Assembly (NCBI GenBank): GCA_964230645.1
Contig: CAXRHT010000002.1
Location: 576,001-640,000 of the forward strand
Length of the DNA stretch: 64,000 bases
Direction: 5' to 3'
Origin: Bdellovibrionales bacterium
Lineage (GTDB): Bacteria; Bdellovibrionota; Bdellovibrionia; Bdellovibrionales; JAGQZY01
The notes below the pieces were generated by a model. That model had not been told where the DNA came from, did no database searches, and was given only the letters and a program-made list of their open reading frames with translations. Positions within the stretch are counted from its first letter, which is position 1, and each line of letters opens with the position of its first letter. Shown one piece after another: positions 18,886-26,629 of the stretch. Both the position numbers and the translations under genes were made by a program.

Positions 18886-19911
18886 ATGAATAAAATACTT
18901 TTTGTGCTGATCGGCCTACTTTTTACATCTCAAAGCTTTGCTTTCGACGAAGGGCTTTTTGAAGTCTCCGAGAATCATCATGTTTATTATCGTTATCAAA
19001 AGGCGGAGTCTGGCAAACCGACGATCGTTCTTCTTAACGGTCTCATTTATGCCATTGAAAACTGGGACGAGTACTTTGAGGAACTTTCAAAGTCTGGTGT
19101 AGGCGTTTTACAAATGGCCTATAGCACTCAACCGGAATCTCTGGTGGATTCCCAAGGGACTCCTTTTTATGCGGTTCCTGAACTCACCGCTTTTGGTTGG
19201 GTTCCTAAAGGGATTGAAACACAAACTTTGGTGGATGAGAGCATGACTGTGATTGATGCCCTTGGAATCGAGCGCTTTAGCCTTGCCAGTCTCTCCTATG
19301 GCTCCATTGTTGCCGCCGAAATGGCCGTGCAAGAAAAAGAAAGGATTGATCAACTCATCCTTATGGCTCCGGCCGTTATGAGTTCGGGTAGATACAATCC
19401 CTACGGACAGTCACGTCACAACTACTATACTATCTTAAAAGCGGCGGGAAATCCTGCCGCCGATATTTCTTATGACACCGAATTGTTCGGTACACTCTCG
19501 GCCATAATCACACCCTTAAAATATAACTTTGAAGATGTGTCGTTTACCTATTTCTTTGCGGGCGTTTATCAGATGGTGCGCTCATCAAAGTGGTTTGACT
19601 TAAAAGAGTACGCCGACGCCGATTTGCCACCCACTTATATGTTTCTGGCAAGCCTTGAGGACAAACCTCTTTACAAAGACCAACTCTTATTTTGGGAAAT
19701 GATGGATGAAAACAGTGCCAAAGAAGGTCTTGTCACTTTTGAGGGAAGCTTTCACGCCATTCCCGGTGTGGCGCCTGAAAAGTGTGCCGAGAAAACCCTT
19801 CTAATTCTTGAAGACAAACTAAAAGCCTCTGAGAGCAAAGTGAAAGTGGGAACGGGAAACCCTCCCGGGACTATGAAAGATAGTCTTGTAGACTTTTTCT
19901 CCAACTCCTAA
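18886..19911 (+). CDS. Secreted alpha/beta-fold hydrolase
   Basis: Signal peptide; IVLLNGL, SLSYG nucleophile elbow, LILMAP, SFHAIP. Confidence 0.75.
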   Translation: MNKILFVLIGLLFTSQSFAFDEGLFEVSENHHVYYRYQKAESGKPTIVLLNGLIYAIENWDEYFEELSKSGVGVLQMAYSTQPESLVDSQGTPFYAVPELTAFGWVPKGIETQTLVDESMTVIDALGIERFSLASLSYGSIVAAEMAVQEKERIDQLILMAPAVMSSGRYNPYGQSRHNYYTILKAAGNPAADISYDTELFGTLSAIITPLKYNFEDVSFTYFFAGVYQMVRSSKWFDLKEYADADLPPTYMFLASLEDKPLYKDQLLFWEMMDENSAKEGLVTFEGSFHAIPGVAPEKCAEKTLLILEDKLKASESKVKVGTGNPPGTMKDSLVDFFSNS

Positions 19912-19920
19912 GGACCCTCG

Positions 19921-20847
19921 ATGAGAATTTTATTCTGCCTGTTTATTTTCCTCTCGGCTTCATCACTTCTCGCACAAGACAGTGAGGTAAAAACTGAAGC
20001 CAAGGCACCGGCGACTCCTTTTTTGCCTGACTTTAAAGTCAATGTGGACTTTCTTCACTATGACTTTCAAGGCCGCCACCCTGCCGATGGAAACATCTAT
20101 GGCTTTGAGGGTGTGACATTCACCTCCGAAACCAGCACTTTTACTTGGATGATGACGCCTCTTTGGCAACTTTCTTTGGCTCTGCAATATGTCGAAAAGT
20201 ATGCTGAAACAGAATTTCTCGGCACTCTTTATAAAGATCGCACACAGGGTTTAGGAGATACGCGTCTAAGTACGAGTCGGACTTTTATAGATGGCACAAA
20301 TATCTATATCGCTAGTCTTGGCGTGAGTCTGCCAACGGGTTCAGTGGGAGAGAAAAACCAGTATAACCCTGCCATCAACTACCCCTACAATATGCAATTG
20401 GGCTCTGGAACCTATGACCCTTTTTTAAGCCTTATGGGAATTAAAACCATTGGCCGTCATCAGATCGGTCTTCTCGGCATGGGAACCTTTCGTACTGGGC
20501 GCAATGACTATGGTTACCGCATGGGAGACGAATACCTGGCAAAAACTTGGTACACCTTTAACCTTCGTTCTTGGTTTGCCCCGGGCCTTTGGCTTAACTA
20601 CAACCATATCCAGCGCATCACCGGACAAGATCGAACCTTTGGACGCAATCTTTTTGTGCAGTGGTACCACTCGCCTCGGGACTTCTGGGACTTGAGCTTC
20701 AACATCAACTCCAACATAAAGCTCAGTAAGTATATCAGTCTCAAGGGCCTTGTGGGACGCCCCATTTGGCAAGAGAGTAAGAACATCGACAATGTGCAAG
20801 TTTACGCTCAGTGGTTTGCTCAGGTGGGTGTGGAGGCCCGATTCTAG
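19921..20847 (+). CDS. Outer-membrane beta-barrel transporter (MetA-pathway/COG4313-like)
   Basis: Signal peptide, GLGDTRL, LGVSLPTG, MQLGSGTYD, amphipathic strands and C-terminal Phe (GVEARF). Confidence 0.75.
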   Translation: MRILFCLFIFLSASSLLAQDSEVKTEAKAPATPFLPDFKVNVDFLHYDFQGRHPADGNIYGFEGVTFTSETSTFTWMMTPLWQLSLALQYVEKYAETEFLGTLYKDRTQGLGDTRLSTSRTFIDGTNIYIASLGVSLPTGSVGEKNQYNPAINYPYNMQLGSGTYDPFLSLMGIKTIGRHQIGLLGMGTFRTGRNDYGYRMGDEYLAKTWYTFNLRSWFAPGLWLNYNHIQRITGQDRTFGRNLFVQWYHSPRDFWDLSFNINSNIKLSKYISLKGLVGRPIWQESKNIDNVQVYAQWFAQVGVEARF

Positions 20848-21030
20848 ATCGGGGCCAGTTTTGGGGCCTTTTCTCGCTTCTAATTTTCAGGGAAATGTCT
20901 GTAAATTAGGCACAGCTCCTGCTTTGCTGGCATCACCCTGCGGGTGAGAGCCTCCGGCTTGCCAGAGCCGTAATTTACAGACATTTCCCTGAAAATTAGA
21001 AGCGAGAAAAGACCCCAACATTGGTTTGAT
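20848..21030. repeat. ~180-bp long-hairpin element with a 41-bp perfect inverted repeat
   Basis: 20868-20908 is the exact reverse complement of 20971-21011, with imperfect extension to 20848/21030; inner hairpin TCACCC-TGC-GGGTGA at 20933-20947. Confidence 0.9.
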
Positions 21031-21104
21031 AACGCATGGGTCTTTTACCCTTTGGGGATTCGTTCTAGAATAGAATCGAATCTATTTTTGCTAAGGGGCC
21101 CTCT

Positions 21105-22466
21105 ATGGAAAAATCTACGGCTGAAAAAGCTCTCTCTTTGAACCTCATTCGTCCGCTCTATGGAACTATTGCTGAAATTGGTGCGGGGCAAGAGGTGGCT
21201 CGGTGGTTTTTTAAGGTCGGAGGGGCGGCTGGAACTATTGCCAAAGCTATGTCGGCTTACGACATGAAGTTTAGTGATGATATTTATGGACGGGAAACCA
21301 GTGGACGCTATGTGGTGGAGTCGCGTGTGCGGAAGATGCTTGAGCATGAGTACTCTTTGCTTGAAACAAGACTTTCTGATGAAGAAAACCGCAATAAATA
21401 TTTTTTCGCCTTTGCGGACACTGTAGCAGCTAAAAGTTTTAAATACACCGGTGATTGTCATGGCTGGATGGGAGTGCGCTTTCAACAAGGTCCTACGGAT
21501 AAACCGAGCCAAGTGATCATTCATGTGCGCATGCTTGATAAGACCAACCTTCACCAACAAGAGGCTTTGGGTATTCTCGGGGTGAATCTAATTTATGCCT
21601 GTTACAATTTGCACGACAAACCCGAGGAATTTTTAAAATCCCTCCTTCATGGGGAGCTTAAAAATCGGGTTGAAATCAATGTGATTCGATTTGAAGGTCC
21701 ACTTTTTGACGAATCTAAGGAAATCGAGAACAATCTACTTTTGTTCAAAAACAAGCTCACTCGCACCATCCTAATCCCTATCAACAAACAGGTCTCTCAC
21801 CTTGCCGAAGAGTTTTATGAAAAGCAGGTGATCATTCACCGTGGAAACTTTGGCCCTCCCTTAAAAACAGATATCGATATTCTACGATGTGCAAGGGATC
21901 ACTATTGCGGACAGAAAGTCGAAGGGCTCTGTGATCCCTATATGGTCAGCGAGGTGCGCTACGACCGCGATATCAATAATTTTGAGGCGCTTTTAAAGAA
22001 AGTCGAACTTTTGCAGAACTGTGATCAGAACATTCTCATTACCGACTTTGATAGAACTTACAAATTAACAGAGTACGTGGCAAAATTTACCAACAATCAT
22101 ATCAATGTTGTTTTTAGAACAACCAAAATCATTGAAATTCTTGAGAATGAAAGACTCGCCTCTCTTGACCGCTTGGCGCGGATTTTCAACGAACGTACGA
22201 GAATGTATATTTATCCTGTAGACTCAAATAAGGTGGATAAAACGCTGCAAGTTGACCCTAGTCAGCCGCTCTTTACTCTATCCAATTACAAACCCACGGA
22301 TTTAAATATAAATTTATATAGGCATTTGATCACCTCTCGTTATATACAGGAACTCACCAACTATGATGAAGACTTGGCCAAATGGGATAGTGAATCGGCC
22401 GCCTTGGTGAAGAAAAAAGACGCAAAAGTGTGGAAAAATTTACTGGCTTGCCAAGCCCCTGAGTAG
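21105..22466 (+). CDS. Uncharacterised CinA-like / nucleotidyltransferase-like protein (family often annotated nicotinate-nucleotide adenylyltransferase)
   Basis: YGTIAEIGAGQEVARWFF.VGGAAGTIAK.MSAYDM.FSD.IYG and CHGWMGVRFQ...QQEALGILGVNL are characteristic of this family; the C-terminal half is divergent. Confidence 0.6.
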   Translation: MEKSTAEKALSLNLIRPLYGTIAEIGAGQEVARWFFKVGGAAGTIAKAMSAYDMKFSDDIYGRETSGRYVVESRVRKMLEHEYSLLETRLSDEENRNKYFFAFADTVAAKSFKYTGDCHGWMGVRFQQGPTDKPSQVIIHVRMLDKTNLHQQEALGILGVNLIYACYNLHDKPEEFLKSLLHGELKNRVEINVIRFEGPLFDESKEIENNLLLFKNKLTRTILIPINKQVSHLAEEFYEKQVIIHRGNFGPPLKTDIDILRCARDHYCGQKVEGLCDPYMVSEVRYDRDINNFEALLKKVELLQNCDQNILITDFDRTYKLTEYVAKFTNNHINVVFRTTKIIEILENERLASLDRLARIFNERTRMYIYPVDSNKVDKTLQVDPSQPLFTLSNYKPTDLNINLYRHLITSRYIQELTNYDEDLAKWDSESAALVKKKDAKVWKNLLACQAPE

Positions 22467-22531
22467 TCATTATTATAAATTGAATTTAGTTAGTAGCTTT
22501 TGTCCCTGAATTTTAGTTAGAAGGATTAAAT

Positions 22532-22879
22532 ATGAGCTTAATGAACTTACTTTATGTTTGGGTACTTTCAGCCGTTATTCTCTACTTCACCGCATTCCTC
22601 GTTCCTGGCTTTCGAATCCGTTCTTTTGGTCGTGCCCTTGCTGGCGCCTTGGTTGTGGGACTTTTTAATGCCACTCTTTGGTGGATTCTATTTATCCTCA
22701 CAATTCCATTAACAGTTCTTACCTTAGGTCTTTTCACTTTTGTCATTGATGCGATTGTCTTACGAATTGCCGCAGGACTCCTTAAAGGTTTTGAAATCAG
22801 TGGTTGGATTCCTGCCATTCTTGGAGCTTTCGTCTTAGCCTTACTTCAACTTCTTTTAAAAAGTTTTTTGAGCGTTTAA
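22532..22879 (+). CDS. YvlD/DUF360 (phage holin family 4) membrane protein
   Basis: 4 TM; LTIPLTVLTLGLFTFVIDA motif. Confidence 0.85.
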   Translation: MSLMNLLYVWVLSAVILYFTAFLVPGFRIRSFGRALAGALVVGLFNATLWWILFILTIPLTVLTLGLFTFVIDAIVLRIAAGLLKGFEISGWIPAILGAFVLALLQLLLKSFLSV

Positions 22880-22889
22880 CTGGAGCATA

Positions 22890-23306
22890 ATGAGTTATAA
22901 AAGTATTTTTTTAATTCTATCTCCTCTGATCATCTTCGTGTTCTACTCTAATTGCGGATCGCGGGCAGAGCCGCCCGTCTACTCTTATATTCCATTGAGC
23001 ACGCTGCCTTCAGAAGAACTTAACAACAACCAAAGAAGCCGTATCATTTACGACTGCGCTGAATTTGACTACGAAGGCAACGAAAATATCGATATCTCGA
23101 AAGGCTGCACTTTTTTTAGCATGAATCCGATCGTTAATAGCCAGGCCGTCTTTGTTGATTACAAAGATTTTTCTGAGCAGGATTTAATGGAAAGAATCTC
23201 TGTTTTCTTTCCAGATTTTGAGAATGCTCCAGTAATTATACTCGAAGGTGATGGCGTTCTTGAGGAGGGTTTAAATAACCCGGGATTCAATCTTGTCATT
23301 CGATGA
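22890..23306 (+). CDS. Hypothetical lipoprotein
   Basis: Hydrophobic N-terminus ending FYSNC; GGAG RBS. Confidence 0.65.
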   Translation: MSYKSIFLILSPLIIFVFYSNCGSRAEPPVYSYIPLSTLPSEELNNNQRSRIIYDCAEFDYEGNENIDISKGCTFFSMNPIVNSQAVFVDYKDFSEQDLMERISVFFPDFENAPVIILEGDGVLEEGLNNPGFNLVIR

Positions 23307-23403
23307 CCATCACCAAGGTGAAACAACTAAGATTTAAATAAAGACGAGGGTACCTTGTAGCGAGCTTTGGACACCTTTACCCCTTACGGCTTCTTTTTAA
23401 TTA

Positions 23404-23419
23404 GGGCACAAGCCTTGCA
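23404..23419 (+). promoter_or_regulatory. Putative sigma54 promoter
   Basis: GGGCACA-AGCC-TTGCA (GG-N10-GC), 12 nt before the 23432 start. Confidence 0.5.
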
Positions 23420-23431
23420 ATATAAGTTAAG

Positions 23432-25012
23432 ATGAATCTCAGGAACTATTTTTCAGTCATTCTAGTTTCGATCCTTTTGCTGGCCCTTCCGATCAGCAAA
23501 ACTCATGCGAAAACAAATACTTGCAAGATTATCTTCAGTGAAAACCGGTATTTGGGCTTTATTGGCGACCAGATTGAGTTCGTTCTGAACAGAGCCGAGC
23601 CTGAGACGTCAGCAGAAATTGTCACCCAAATGCAGTCTCTCCAGTCAGGTGAGTTCGTACCTCAAGAACAGTCCAATAAGCCCATCGAGGAAAGGCTGCA
23701 GACGAAAATAATGGCTGGGCAACCACTCGGGGAGTTAGCCGATGAGTTCAATCTTCCCATTGAGACTCTAGGTCTCTTTAACAGAAGCACCGGAAATTTT
23801 GAACCTGACAGGGCTCGGCCAAAACAGCCCTTGGCTTTGGAAAATGGTGACTCAAAATTAAAAGCTATTCGAATTAACTACGAGTTCAGCTATGGATCAG
23901 ATGGTAATGCGTTTCCAGCTTTGCTTTCTAATTATTTGAAAGTCCTGCAAGTCATCCCTGACTTAGAGCTTTGGGTTGCTCTTCGTGAGTTCGACAAAGT
24001 CGATTTTGAGAACATGATTAAAGACGTCCCATTAGAAATTAAAAATCGAATAAAAACAGTCACTACCTCTTCCCTACAAGTAGAACTGTGGGCTCAAGAC
24101 GGTTCGAAACCCTTTGAAGACGGAGAAAGCACTCTGCTACAAACCAATGGTAACAAAGTAAAAAGGAGAGACTATCGAAAAGTCGTTTGGGACATGGAAG
24201 AAAGTGGCCTGATCACAACCGAGACTAGCTACTTTCGGTTCGAAGGCGGGAATGTCATTGTTGGAGACGATCACATTTTCTTAGGAGTTGATGTTGTGAA
24301 TGATCTTGTTGAAAATATTGGGATGGATCGTCCTGAAGCCTTATCAGCTCTCTCTTCCGATTTCGGAAAAGAAGTTATTGAAATAGGAATTCCAAAAATT
24401 GGGTCTAATCCTGAACAACCTGAATTCCATATTGATCTGACCATGTCACTTGTGAGAGACCGCACTAGTGGAAAAGAAATTGTCTTGTTACAGTCTCCTT
24501 ATGCTCTTTTCGAACAAGTCCTGGGATTTCGTAATATGAGTGAAGCGAACGAGGTCAGCTTTCGCAAAAACATCGTTGATTTTCTTTTGAAGATTAAACA
24601 ACAAATTCAAAGTGGACAAAAAAAATCACTAAGCATCGGTGAGACAAGGTTTATCGAAGAGCTTTCCAAAATAAATCTCGCCGAATTACGTTTAAAAGAG
24701 GCTCAATCCTCTTTTATTGCCGACCTTATTGAGAAATCGAATTATGAGGTCAAAAAAATACCCGGATGGAATAACCTGAGCTGGACTCTCTCGACCTTCA
24801 ACTACACCAACCTCGTTTGGTCAGAAAACTATGTTCTTGCCCCGGAATATGAGATTGATTTTCTGGATCAATATGTCTACTCCATTTTCGAAGAACTAGG
24901 CTATCAAGTGATTCCAATGAATTCTGTCCAGAAATTAATTTGCAAAAGAGGGGGCATTCGTTGCGCTAGCGAAACCTACAGACAGCCTCCATTGAGGGAA
25001 TCTGCAAACTAG
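23432..25012 (+). CDS. Secreted pentein-superfamily (peptidyl-arginine/agmatine deiminase-like) enzyme
   Basis: Signal peptide; LWAQD, FEGGNV, FHIDL, NYTN and GGIRCAS give the Asp/His/Asp/Cys set of guanidino-modifying enzymes. Confidence 0.75.
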   Translation: MNLRNYFSVILVSILLLALPISKTHAKTNTCKIIFSENRYLGFIGDQIEFVLNRAEPETSAEIVTQMQSLQSGEFVPQEQSNKPIEERLQTKIMAGQPLGELADEFNLPIETLGLFNRSTGNFEPDRARPKQPLALENGDSKLKAIRINYEFSYGSDGNAFPALLSNYLKVLQVIPDLELWVALREFDKVDFENMIKDVPLEIKNRIKTVTTSSLQVELWAQDGSKPFEDGESTLLQTNGNKVKRRDYRKVVWDMEESGLITTETSYFRFEGGNVIVGDDHIFLGVDVVNDLVENIGMDRPEALSALSSDFGKEVIEIGIPKIGSNPEQPEFHIDLTMSLVRDRTSGKEIVLLQSPYALFEQVLGFRNMSEANEVSFRKNIVDFLLKIKQQIQSGQKKSLSIGETRFIEELSKINLAELRLKEAQSSFIADLIEKSNYEVKKIPGWNNLSWTLSTFNYTNLVWSENYVLAPEYEIDFLDQYVYSIFEELGYQVIPMNSVQKLICKRGGIRCASETYRQPPLRESAN

Positions 25013-25055
25013 TGTGATAAGCTTCGAGCTTCTTTGATTGAAAAAAGTTAAAAGC

Positions 25056-25607
25056 TCAAGCGCCTTTATTCTTGACCTTTCGTCTTTCCGAACCTTTACT
25101 CACTTGATTTTGATAGGCAATATCTCCGAACATTTCACGTGCTGCTTTATTATAGGCCAATGCCGCTTGCTCTTCGGTCCCGTAATCTCCTAGGTAGTGA
25201 GAACGTCCATTTTTTTCAATACGAGCGCGCCAAATCTTTTTACTTTTCACAAAAGACACACCTTTATACTTAGAAGTGCTTTTATCCGCTCTTTTAGGGA
25301 GCATGCGCTGGCGCTCTTTCATCGAGCAAACTATTAGATTGGATTTACGGTAATCGAGTCCACCTTGCCATCTTCGTGGATAAACAAGCTTTCCCTTGCG
25401 AGGCTTCATTATAAATTGCCCCAAAGTCATTGTGCGGACTTTATCACCTTTACGGATACTTGTGACAACCGAGGGTTTGTTCGCTTTACCTGTGTAAATC
25501 ACTCTCCAACTTTTAGCATCGATGTCTTCAAAATCCTCAGCGTCGACTTTTACTTTTTCGCCCGATTTCGTATTTAAGTACTTCCAAGGTTTTGTTTTTT
25601 TTGCCAT
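25056..25607 (-). CDS. AP2-domain DNA-binding protein derived from an HNH-AP2 homing endonuclease; HNH catalytic residues lost
   Basis: C-terminal TSKYKGVS...WRARI...YLGDY.TEEQAALAYNKAA..MFG is an AP2 domain; the HNH region reads LGQFIM...VYPRR...LDYRKSNL; start ATG 25607 after GAGGAG. Confidence 0.85.
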   Translation of the reverse strand: MAKKTKPWKYLNTKSGEKVKVDAEDFEDIDAKSWRVIYTGKANKPSVVTSIRKGDKVRTMTLGQFIMKPRKGKLVYPRRWQGGLDYRKSNLIVCSMKERQRMLPKRADKSTSKYKGVSFVKSKKIWRARIEKNGRSHYLGDYGTEEQAALAYNKAAREMFGDIAYQNQVSKGSERRKVKNKGA

Positions 25608-25636
25608 CAATGAAACTCCTCTAGTCGCATAATCTT

Positions 25637-25663
25637 TCATCGGAAGAATGCTAAACTCCTTTA
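25637..25663 (-). promoter_or_regulatory. Putative sigma28 (FliA) promoter
   Basis: Minus strand TAAA-N15-TCCGATGA about 30 nt before the AP2 gene start. Confidence 0.6.
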
Positions 25664-25800
25664 AAAAAACAGCTTTTTTGACTTGTTCTGAGGCAAGCAG
25701 GCTTCAACCCAATAATTGCGGGACTTTGGGCTAGCCTTAAAGAGATTTAATAGAGCACTCTCACTGATTTTCTAGGGCTTTTTTGGTAATCTTGAAATTA

Positions 25801-26520
25801 ATGAGAACTCCTCAAAGATTCTGCATTTTTTTAATGGGCTTGTTTTTGCCGATCGTGGCCTCTGGTTTTGACGATACCATCAATCGCTTCAATCTTGACC
25901 TCCTTTACCATTACTCTCGAATCGAACGCTCCACCTTAGTTCAAACTCACAATTTCCAAAGTCGCCAAGGTGGAATGCTGCAATTCGAATACGAGGATGA
26001 AATTGATCTTTTTTGGCGTTGGTATGTTGGAGGAGACTTCACCTTCGCACGCTATGAAGCTTCGGCTACGACTCAATTCTCGCCCCAAGAGCGAATGCCC
26101 TGGCAGGCCTACATTGGAACGGGCTTTCAAATAGGAGCCCTTAAATCTTGGGAAATCTTTTTTGGCGCTGGGGGCTCAAGTGAGCACTACTTCGTAGGCA
26201 CGGGAGTGAACCAATTCGATTTCAGACAAACGGCCTCCCTCCGAGGACATCTGGGTTTGAGTTGGCGTTTTTTAAGTATGACAGGAGCGAGTGCAAAACT
26301 CCTCTTCCGCTACTCTCTTCCTCTGACACAAGTCAATCACAATGGTGCCGAAATGACTTACCGGGGAATTCTTGATGGCAATATCCGTTTACGCCATCGC
26401 TATGATTCTAGCTTTAGTTTTTATGGCGGCATACGATTTGAAGACTATAAACTCATGGATGAGTCCATTACCTATTTCACTAGCCGAGTTTATGCCGGAC
26501 TCGGACTGCATTTTCAGTAA
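25801..26520 (+). CDS. Putative outer-membrane beta-barrel protein
   Basis: Signal peptide, alternating aromatic/polar strands, C-terminal VYAGLGLHFQ beta-signal-like end. Confidence 0.7.
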   Translation: MRTPQRFCIFLMGLFLPIVASGFDDTINRFNLDLLYHYSRIERSTLVQTHNFQSRQGGMLQFEYEDEIDLFWRWYVGGDFTFARYEASATTQFSPQERMPWQAYIGTGFQIGALKSWEIFFGAGGSSEHYFVGTGVNQFDFRQTASLRGHLGLSWRFLSMTGASAKLLFRYSLPLTQVNHNGAEMTYRGILDGNIRLRHRYDSSFSFYGGIRFEDYKLMDESITYFTSRVYAGLGLHFQ

Positions 26521-26573
26521 GAACATTACTTAAAAAAAATACTGTCTCAAAAAAAGACAAAACTCTCTGATTT

Positions 26574-26601
26574 CTAAGTTTATTTCCGAAAAGACCGATA
26601 A
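26574..26601 (+). promoter_or_regulatory. Putative sigma28 (FliA) promoter
   Basis: TAAG-N15-ACCGATAA about 28 nt before the 26630 start; palindrome TGTCT-N7-AGACA just upstream (26543-26559). Confidence 0.6.
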
Positions 26602-26629
26602 GCATATATAGATATAAATAAGGTTTTTT

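Noticed and set aside
7628..21030. Long hairpins as integron attC sites, retron msr-msd or IS elements
   Set aside because: No RYYYAAC/GTTRRRY ends, and no integrase, reverse transcriptase, transposase or target duplication in the window.
10672..25012. Functional link between the guanidine riboswitch/gdx and the PAD-like enzyme
   Set aside because: 12 kb apart with unrelated genes between; deiminases release ammonia, not guanidine.
22532..25607. Prophage remnant (holin-family gene plus HNH-AP2)
   Set aside because: DUF360/YvlD genes are ordinary chromosomal genes; no integrase, structural or lysis genes nearby.
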